From assembly GCA_963765875.1 (NCBI GenBank), contig CAVXYK010000025.1, positions 48,153-80,152 on the forward strand: a stretch of DNA of 32,000 bases, written 5' to 3'. Each line of letters begins with the position of its first letter. The first letter of the stretch is position 1. Both the position numbers and the translations under genes were made by a program. Of this stretch, positions 26,124 to 32,000 are shown piece by piece. The stretch is from an uncultured Chloroflexia bacterium (GTDB taxonomy: Bacteria > Chloroflexota > Anaerolineae > Caldilineales > Caldilineaceae). Under the pieces are notes generated by a model. The model saw only the letters and a program-made list of their open reading frames with translations, had not been told where the DNA came from and did not search any database.

Positions 26124-28379
26124 ATGCCAACGTCAGTGACTGCTTCAATGTCCACCACAGAGGCGTGGACGCAACTGACCTACCAAGAACGATTGGATCT
26201 GCTGCGCGAGAAGAAGCTGGCGCAGACTGAGGAGAAACGTCAGGTCATTGGGGCCATGGATCACGACGACTGGGCGCTGATCTTGCCGCCGCCGGAGTTG
26301 CGCAAGACCGTCCAGGCCGTCAGCGGCTCAGGCGTGCCCATCACCGATGTGCTCATCGACGGCGTGGAGATGGAGAGCAACCATGCCAACGGCAGCTTCT
26401 ACGGACCTTCGGCCTGCGGTCGTAACTTCCGACGCCTGCTCGATGCACACCCGCCCTACGTCGATCCGCTCTGCTCGATTGCCGGTTCGGTGATGGCCAA
26501 CTACTCTTCCTATCGAACGGTGGGCTGGAATCCGGACTACGACTTCTCCCACCTGCAGGACGAGCAGGAAAAATATGGCCTGGTCCATGGCATTGGCGGC
26601 TCGCAACACTTCTGCCCCGATCTCACGATTGGCTTTCAGCTGGGCTGGGCGGGTCTTTTGAGCAAGATCGCCTACTATCGCGACGAAAACGGGCCCTCAT
26701 CCGACGAATTTTACGTGGGCCTGGAAGAGGTCATCTACGGCATCCAGGATTGGATGCGCCGCAATGCAGACGAGGCGCGCCGATTGGCCGGGCTTGAAGA
26801 GAACCCCCAGCTGCGAACCAACTTGGAAACCCTGGCCGACATCAATGACCGGCTGGTGACCGAGCCGCCGCAGACCTTTCACGAAGCCTGTCAGTGGATG
26901 ACCTGGTACCTGATGGCGGCACGCATGTACAACGGCAGCGGCGCGCTCGGTCGCCTGGATATGCTGCTGCAGCCCTTCTACGAAGCGGATGTTGCGGCCG
27001 GACGTCTCACCGACGAAGAGGCGACCTTCCACATTGCCTGCTCACTGCTGCGAGATACAACCTACGCCCAACTGGGCGGTCCGGACAGCGAGGGGAACGA
27101 CGTTACCAGCCGCATCTCCTACCTGGTGCTTGACGCCGTCGACCAACTCAAAGTGCCGGCCAACATCGGTGTTAGCGTCGGTCCCAATGTGGATCCAGGC
27201 CTGCTGAGCAAGGGCGTGGAGATCCAGTTCGAGCACAAGATGGGCTTTCCCAAGTTTCTTGGCGTCGACAGCACGGTGCAGGGCCTGATCAAGAACGGCT
27301 ATCCTGCAGAGATCGCGCGGCTACGCGCCTACTCCGGCTGTCATTGGTGCGCCGTGCCTGGTCGTGAATATGCCATGCGCGACATCATCAAGATCAATTT
27401 CGCCACCATCTTTCAGATCGCACTACGCGAGACCGTTGAAGCGGCCGATGAGTCGACCACGGTCGACGGCCTCTGGCAGCGCTTTGACCGCCACTTGCGG
27501 CGGGCGGTCGAGGTCACCGCCGAAGGACTGGCCTTCCACCTGGAGCACATGCACAAGGTCTTCCCTGAGTTGGTCCTTGATCTGCTCTGCGATGGCCCGC
27601 TTGAAAAGGGTGATGACGCATCCCACGGCAGCCTTGAGATCTACAATATCGGCATCGATGGCGCGGCGCTGGCCACCGTAGCCGACTCGATTGCGGCGAT
27701 TGAGCAGCGTGTCGAAGACGAGGGTCTCCTTTCGTGGCAAGAACTCATGGACTACCTGGAAAACGACTGGGATGGTCCTCAGGGTGAACGCGCCCGGCTG
27801 ATGATGAAGAGCGTGCCGAGTTATGGCGCAGGTGGCACACGGGCTGACGATTGGGCCAAGCGCATTGCTCGCTCCTTTACGCAATCCGTCCGGGAGGTCT
27901 CCAACGAGGAACTCCAGTTGACGCCCGGCCTCTTCTCCTGGGCGGCTACGCTGAGCCTCGGCCGTGCTCTGGGCGCCACCCCCGATGGCCGTAATGCAGG
28001 TGATCCCATCTCCCACGGCAGCAACCCCAATCCGGGATTCCGTGAAGACGGCGCCACCACAGCCATGGCCATCGCCATCGCCGGCGTGCAGCCGGGGCTG
28101 GGCAACAGCGCGCCCATGCAGCTTGAGCTTGATCCGGGTTTGTCGCGCAGCGACGAAGACTTGCAGAAGGTCGGCAGCCTGATCCGCACCCACTTTGACC
28201 TGGGCGGCACCCAGATCAATCTGAACGTGCTCGATAAGGAGAAGGTGCTGGAGGCTCACGCCGATCCGTCCAAACACCCGGACCTGATCGTGCGCGTCAC
28301 CGGCTTCAGCGCCTACTTCGCCAGCCTCTCGCCCGAGTTCCGGCAGATCGTCGTGGATCGGATCATCGCGGAGAGTTAA
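26124..28379 (+). CDS. glycyl radical enzyme (PFL-like superfamily), divergent, substrate unknown
   Basis: C-terminal glycyl-radical motif LIVRVTGFSAYFASL (Gly codon 28302-28304). The Cys loop is AYSGCHWCAVPG (27336-27350). It is followed by a dedicated activase. ATG at 26124 (GGAGG 6 nt upstream) is preferred over 26118. Confidence 0.85.
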   Translation: MPTSVTASMSTTEAWTQLTYQERLDLLREKKLAQTEEKRQVIGAMDHDDWALILPPPELRKTVQAVSGSGVPITDVLIDGVEMESNHANGSFYGPSACGRNFRRLLDAHPPYVDPLCSIAGSVMANYSSYRTVGWNPDYDFSHLQDEQEKYGLVHGIGGSQHFCPDLTIGFQLGWAGLLSKIAYYRDENGPSSDEFYVGLEEVIYGIQDWMRRNADEARRLAGLEENPQLRTNLETLADINDRLVTEPPQTFHEACQWMTWYLMAARMYNGSGALGRLDMLLQPFYEADVAAGRLTDEEATFHIACSLLRDTTYAQLGGPDSEGNDVTSRISYLVLDAVDQLKVPANIGVSVGPNVDPGLLSKGVEIQFEHKMGFPKFLGVDSTVQGLIKNGYPAEIARLRAYSGCHWCAVPGREYAMRDIIKINFATIFQIALRETVEAADESTTVDGLWQRFDRHLRRAVEVTAEGLAFHLEHMHKVFPELVLDLLCDGPLEKGDDASHGSLEIYNIGIDGAALATVADSIAAIEQRVEDEGLLSWQELMDYLENDWDGPQGERARLMMKSVPSYGAGGTRADDWAKRIARSFTQSVREVSNEELQLTPGLFSWAATLSLGRALGATPDGRNAGDPISHGSNPNPGFREDGATTAMAIAIAGVQPGLGNSAPMQLELDPGLSRSDEDLQKVGSLIRTHFDLGGTQINLNVLDKEKVLEAHADPSKHPDLIVRVTGFSAYFASLSPEFRQIVVDRIIAES

Positions 28380-28391
28380 TAGCGGCGAACG

Positions 28392-28538
28392 AAAAAAGAT
28401 CTGCCACAGATAAACTCAGATGGGCTCAGATTTTCACAAATACTTTCTGAGTCAATTCTGTGTCGTCAGAGACAAACGACGAGGCCATCTGTGTCTCATC
28501 CGTGGAAATCTGTGTCTATCTGTGGCAGATCCCTTTTT
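28392..28538. repeat. CACAGAT-syllable palindromic element between the GRE and its activase
   Basis: aaaaaagatctgccacagataaactcagatgggctcagattttcac...ccatctgtgtctcatccgtggaaatctgtgtctatctgtggcagatcccttttt. It has a 15-bp perfect terminal stem, with an A-run and a T-run at the two ends. Confidence 0.8.
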
Positions 28539-28558
28539 ACTGTTATGAGGTTTCGAAT

Positions 28559-29458
28559 ATGCAAGGACTCATCACCAATATTCAACGCTTCTCCGTCCAT
28601 GACGGGCCGGGGATCCGCACGACCGTCTTCCTCAAGGGCTGCAATCTACGCTGCTTCTGGTGTCACAACCCGGAGGACATGAATCCATATCCGGAGATCC
28701 AGTTCTTCGCCGAGCGCTGCATCCTCTGCAATGCCTGCGTAGAGACCTGCACCCACGGGGCCCATACGATTAACGGCAACGGTCACGAGTACAACCGCGC
28801 CCTGTGTGAGACCTGCGGCGATTGCGTCGAGACCTGTTATGCCAAGGGGTTGATTCAAGTGGGCGAATGGATGGACGTTGAGAAGGTCGTCACAGAAATC
28901 CTGGCGGACCGGCCCTTCTACGAGCGATCCGGTGGCGGCGTGACGCTTTCGGGCGGCGAGCCGCTTTTGCAGATCGATTTCGTACGCTCGATCTTTGAAC
29001 GTTGCAGAGAAGAAGGCATCCCGACTGCCGTGGAGACAGCGGCCAACGTACCCTGGCAGCGCATTGAATCCGTGCTGCCTCTGCTGGATCTGGTCATGAT
29101 GGACGTCAAGATGATGGACTCGGACAAGCACCAGCGCGCGACAGGCGTCCCAAATGCGCGCATTCTTGACAACGCAAGCAAGCTCGGTCAAGGGTCGCTC
29201 CCGCTCATCGTGCGCACGCCCATCATCCCCGGCCTCAACGATACTGTGGAGGATATCGGAGCTGTGGCCGAGTTTGTCGCGACGCTGCCCAGCCTCGAAT
29301 ACTACGAGTTGCTCCCCTACCACCCCATGGCGACGAGCAAATATCGCAGCCTGGAGCTGGAGTACGACGCCGCAGATCTGAAACCGCCACCCAAAGAGCA
29401 GATGGGCGAATTGGCCGATGTGGCGCGGCGGTCAGGGATTGAGGTTCGCACTGGATGA
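28559..29458 (+). CDS. glycyl-radical-enzyme activating enzyme (radical SAM, with two auxiliary 4Fe-4S motifs)
   Basis: GPGIRTTVFLKGCNLRCFWCHNPE contains the CX3CX2C motif. The ferredoxin-like motifs are CILCNACVETC and CETCGDCVETC. The C-terminus has LLPYHPMATSKY. Confidence 0.9.
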   Translation: MQGLITNIQRFSVHDGPGIRTTVFLKGCNLRCFWCHNPEDMNPYPEIQFFAERCILCNACVETCTHGAHTINGNGHEYNRALCETCGDCVETCYAKGLIQVGEWMDVEKVVTEILADRPFYERSGGGVTLSGGEPLLQIDFVRSIFERCREEGIPTAVETAANVPWQRIESVLPLLDLVMMDVKMMDSDKHQRATGVPNARILDNASKLGQGSLPLIVRTPIIPGLNDTVEDIGAVAEFVATLPSLEYYELLPYHPMATSKYRSLELEYDAADLKPPPKEQMGELADVARRSGIEVRTG

Positions 29459-29485
29459 GGATCGATTGTTGCCCACTAGGCTGGG

Positions 29486-29521
29486 CGGATACCCAATCCG
29501 CCCTACCCGATTGGGTATCCG
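29486..29521 (+). terminator. 13-bp perfect hairpin just after the activase stop (no T-run)
   Basis: cggatacccaatc-cgccctaccc-gattgggtatccg. Confidence 0.3.
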
Positions 29522-29787
29522 TCTGGCCGAAAGGAGCGATGCGGGGCAAAGGATCCTCGCTGACAACCAAAGGGAACACTCTAAACTGAATGCACGACGA
29601 GATCACTAGGTTTGCCAACCATTGTGCTAGACCCGGCTTCGACGCTTCGGCAGGCTCAGCGCACTGCAGGCTCAGCCTGCGCTCCTAGGTAGCCGTCGCC
29701 TGAGCTTGGCCTGTACTGAGCCTGACGAAGTATCGAAGGCAAAGGCGGTCGCATCAGTGTAAGTCATGATCTCGTAGAGATTGCAGT

Positions 29788-31269
29788 TTAAACTTGAGCC
29801 ATACGCCCAACCAATTGCGGTCGCTCCGTCGGGCCGAACGATACGTTGAGTGACGAGTCGAGGGTCAGGCTGTCGCCACTATAGCGACAGGTGAACGTCA
29901 GATAGTAGGGCGTCTGGATGAAGTGAACTCGCATGCAGTAGGTCTCTTCATCCACCCAGGCGCCTGCCGCGGCAATCGCACTGGGGACCTCATTCTCCAG
30001 GGATGTGACGCCTTTCCTCCAAGTCTGATTGCCCGCGACGATGCGATGCGCTGTCCCTTCCTTCTCGAAGGTCAAGACAGATTTATCACCAGCGAAGACA
30101 AACGAAAGCCCATTGATGCCTTGTTGATTAGGCTCGGTTTGATAGTGCTGACCGGACACCTTTGCGGCCAACGCTGACGACTCAGCCCCTTCTGGAAAAG
30201 GCAATGTCAATCCGCTCAATTTGGCATGCAGAGCCTGTTGAGCCGCAACATCTTCGGGCAGAGGATCATCACTCATGGCCGTCAACAGGTGCACCCACAC
30301 CTGGTCAAGCACCGACTGCATAACCTCAACGCCGCTGGTGATGGCCAACACCGCGTCCTGATCGGGCATGACGATACAGAACTGGCCGAAGGCGCCGTCG
30401 CCGCGGTAGACGTTGTGGCGACAGCGCCAGAACTGGTAGCCATAGCCCTGCGCCCAGTCGTTCAAACTGTCATCATCGTTGTCGCCCATGCCGGATCCGG
30501 CGTTGGGGACCTGGAACGATGTGGCAGCGCTTACCCACTCGGCAGAGAGAAGCTGTTGTCCCTGCCACTTGCCCTGCTGAAGGCAGAACTGGCCAAAGCG
30601 GGCGATATCATCGGTGGCGAGGCTTAAGCCCCAGCCACCTGTGTTGATTCCACGCGGACAGGTCTCCCAGACCGGATCCTGGATGCCCAGCGGCTCGAAG
30701 AGGCGCGGCGTCAGATAGTCAACCAGCGTCTGGCCTGACAGCTGCTGAACGATGGCAGAGAGCATGTAGGTAGCGCCGGAATTGTAGAGGAAGTGCGTTC
30801 CCGGCTCGTACTCGACGGGTAGCGAAAGAAAGGCTCTCGCCCAATTGCCGTCTTCTTGCTCACGCACATGGATCAGCGTGTCCTCTGCATGGCCGGTCGT
30901 CATGGTCAGCAGATCATGTACGCGCATAGCGGCCAGATTATCGCTGATATCAGGCGGCAGGTCATCAGAGAAGTAGTCGATCACTCGATCGTCGACGGTT
31001 AGCAGGCCTTCGGCCACGGCAAAACCGACGGCGGTCGATGTGAAGCTCTTGCTCAACGAATAGAGCATGTGCTGCCGATCGGGTTCGTATGGATCCCACC
31101 ATCCTTGAGAAACCACATTCCCGTGGCGCAGCAGCATGAAGCTGTGGATATTGCCGGGATCTTTCTCGACGGCATCAACAAAGCCAAGAATTGCTGACGA
31201 TGGTATGCCCTGTGCCTCCGGTGTACTAACCGGCAGTGCAGTGATCTGATTCACAGAGTCGCTCCTCAT
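29788..31269 (-). CDS. serine hydrolase of the beta-lactamase/transpeptidase-like family (class C/esterase type) with an extra C-terminal domain
   Basis: 493 aa. The S-x-x-K motif is in MLYSLSKSFTS and the Y-x-N motif is in FLYNSG. Confidence 0.75.
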   Translation of the reverse strand: MRSDSVNQITALPVSTPEAQGIPSSAILGFVDAVEKDPGNIHSFMLLRHGNVVSQGWWDPYEPDRQHMLYSLSKSFTSTAVGFAVAEGLLTVDDRVIDYFSDDLPPDISDNLAAMRVHDLLTMTTGHAEDTLIHVREQEDGNWARAFLSLPVEYEPGTHFLYNSGATYMLSAIVQQLSGQTLVDYLTPRLFEPLGIQDPVWETCPRGINTGGWGLSLATDDIARFGQFCLQQGKWQGQQLLSAEWVSAATSFQVPNAGSGMGDNDDDSLNDWAQGYGYQFWRCRHNVYRGDGAFGQFCIVMPDQDAVLAITSGVEVMQSVLDQVWVHLLTAMSDDPLPEDVAAQQALHAKLSGLTLPFPEGAESSALAAKVSGQHYQTEPNQQGINGLSFVFAGDKSVLTFEKEGTAHRIVAGNQTWRKGVTSLENEVPSAIAAAGAWVDEETYCMRVHFIQTPYYLTFTCRYSGDSLTLDSSLNVSFGPTERPQLVGRMAQV

Positions 31270-31299
31270 GAGTACATGTTGAGTACAACAACAATCTTT

Positions 31300-32000
31300 T
31301 CACCTATCCGGCTCAGCATCCCTGCGACGTTGCCAGTCGACAACATCTCGATAGGGAATCTCACCGCCGAAGATGTCGAGCGCGCTGCCGATGGTCAGAT
31401 CGACACGGCCCCGGCCGAGTTCCTCGACTTGATCCAGGTCGTCAAAGGAGCGAACGCCGCCCGCGTACGTCACAGGAATCGGCGAGTACGCACCCAACAG
31501 ATCAACCAAATCGGCTTGAATGCCCTGCATCTTGCCTTCGACGTCAACGCCATGGACCAGGAACTCGTCGCAGTGGTCAGCCAGCAGCTTGAGCGTCTCG
31601 GCACGAAGAGGCGCCTCGGTGAAGCGCTGCCAGCGGTCGGTGACAATCCAGAAATCGCCCTTTCGCCAACGACAGCTCAGATCGAGCACCAGCCGCTCTT
31701 TTCCTACGACATCAACGAGTGCATGCAGGCGTTCCATGTCGATTTGGCCGGCCCTGAAAACGTAGGAAGTCACGATCACATGACTGGCGCCCGCATCCAG
31801 GAAGCTGCGTGCATTGTCGGGATTGATACCGCCACCCATCTGCAATCCACCAGGCCATGCGCGCAGGGCCATCAGTGCGGCTCCCTCATTGCCGGGCCCC
31901 AAGGCGATGACGTGACCACCCGGCAGGTCGTCAGCCTGGTAGAGGCGTGCATAGTCAGCCGAGGAGCGCTCGGTCGTGAAATTGGTATGGGGCGCCTCGT
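31300..32000 (-). CDS. hisA: His6-type 1-(5-phosphoribosyl)-5-[(5-phosphoribosylamino)methylideneamino]imidazole-4-carboxamide isomerase. The N-terminus lies beyond the right edge.
   Basis: GGLQMGGGI, LVLDLSCR and VHGVDVEGK...PVTYAGG are present. The frame stays open upstream of the ORF-track TTG at 31902; hand translation gives ...FTTERSSADYARLYQADDLPGGHVIALGPGNE. Confidence 0.75.
   Translation of the reverse strand, partial: EAPHTNFTTERSSADYARLYQADDLPGGHVIALGPGNEGAALMALRAWPGGLQMGGGINPDNARSFLDAGASHVIVTSYVFRAGQIDMERLHALVDVVGKERLVLDLSCRWRKGDFWIVTDRWQRFTEAPLRAETLKLLADHCDEFLVHGVDVEGKMQGIQADLVDLLGAYSPIPVTYAGGVRSFDDLDQVEELGRGRVDLTIGSALDIFGGEIPYRDVVDWQRRRDAEPDR

Noticed and set aside
29530-29589. 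A 16-codon ORF (MRGKGSSLTTKGNTLN) after an AAGGAG-like sequence downstream of the activase.
   Set aside because: The Shine-Dalgarno to ATG spacing is only 2 nt. The region is repeat-derived, and nothing else suggests that it is coding.

Overview
Chromosomal segment of a moderately GC-rich bacterium. The gene content (Thermus-type alpha-aminoadipate lysine genes, His6-type hisA, Zn-ribbon ThrC) and the repeat style suggest Chloroflexota or a neighbouring lineage, but that is inference only. I can support about 27 protein genes and one tRNA-Glu. I see no rRNA, CRISPR array, transposase, integrase or phage genes.

Layout:
- 1-6800, minus strand: a lysine AAA-pathway cluster. It runs homocitrate synthase, cysteine hydrolase + NUDIX, homoaconitase large and small subunits, a second NUDIX, a LysE exporter, then the start of a homoisocitrate-dehydrogenase-like gene.
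- Middle: a PD40 lipoprotein, a nitrilase-fold protein lacking the catalytic Cys, tRNA-Glu, recO, a mazG-like gene, lexA, acpP, a Cys-rich lipoprotein, a double lamin-tail-domain secreted protein, and thrC-DUF429-ATC-hydrolase-like genes.
- Right: two xylose-isomerase-like TIM barrels, a Gfo/Idh/MocA oxidoreductase, a VOC protein and a D-2-hydroxyacid dehydrogenase. These are followed by a glycyl radical enzyme (GRE) with its activase, a serine hydrolase, and a hisA truncated at the window edge.

Nearly every intergenic gap holds palindromic repeats built from short reiterated 'syllables' (CACAGAT, CACGAAT, CACGGAG/CACAGAG, GGGATTAG, GTCATTCC, CGACAT), plus small GC hairpins with CTCA/TGAG loops.

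Most interesting candidates:
1. An unannotated Lys-codon leader peptide with terminator and antiterminator helices upstream of homocitrate synthase.
2. A divergent GRE whose Cys loop reads GCHWC instead of the canonical GCVE or CC, under a near-consensus promoter, with a palindromic element between it and its activase.
3. A palindromic element apparently inserted in frame into the homoaconitase large subunit.
4. An identical 13-mer Cheo-like box at the same position downstream of the recO and lexA promoters.
5. A MITE-like element with 18-bp terminal inverted repeats and an 11-bp flanking duplication.

All functional calls rest on remembered family motifs. No searches or folding calculations were run.
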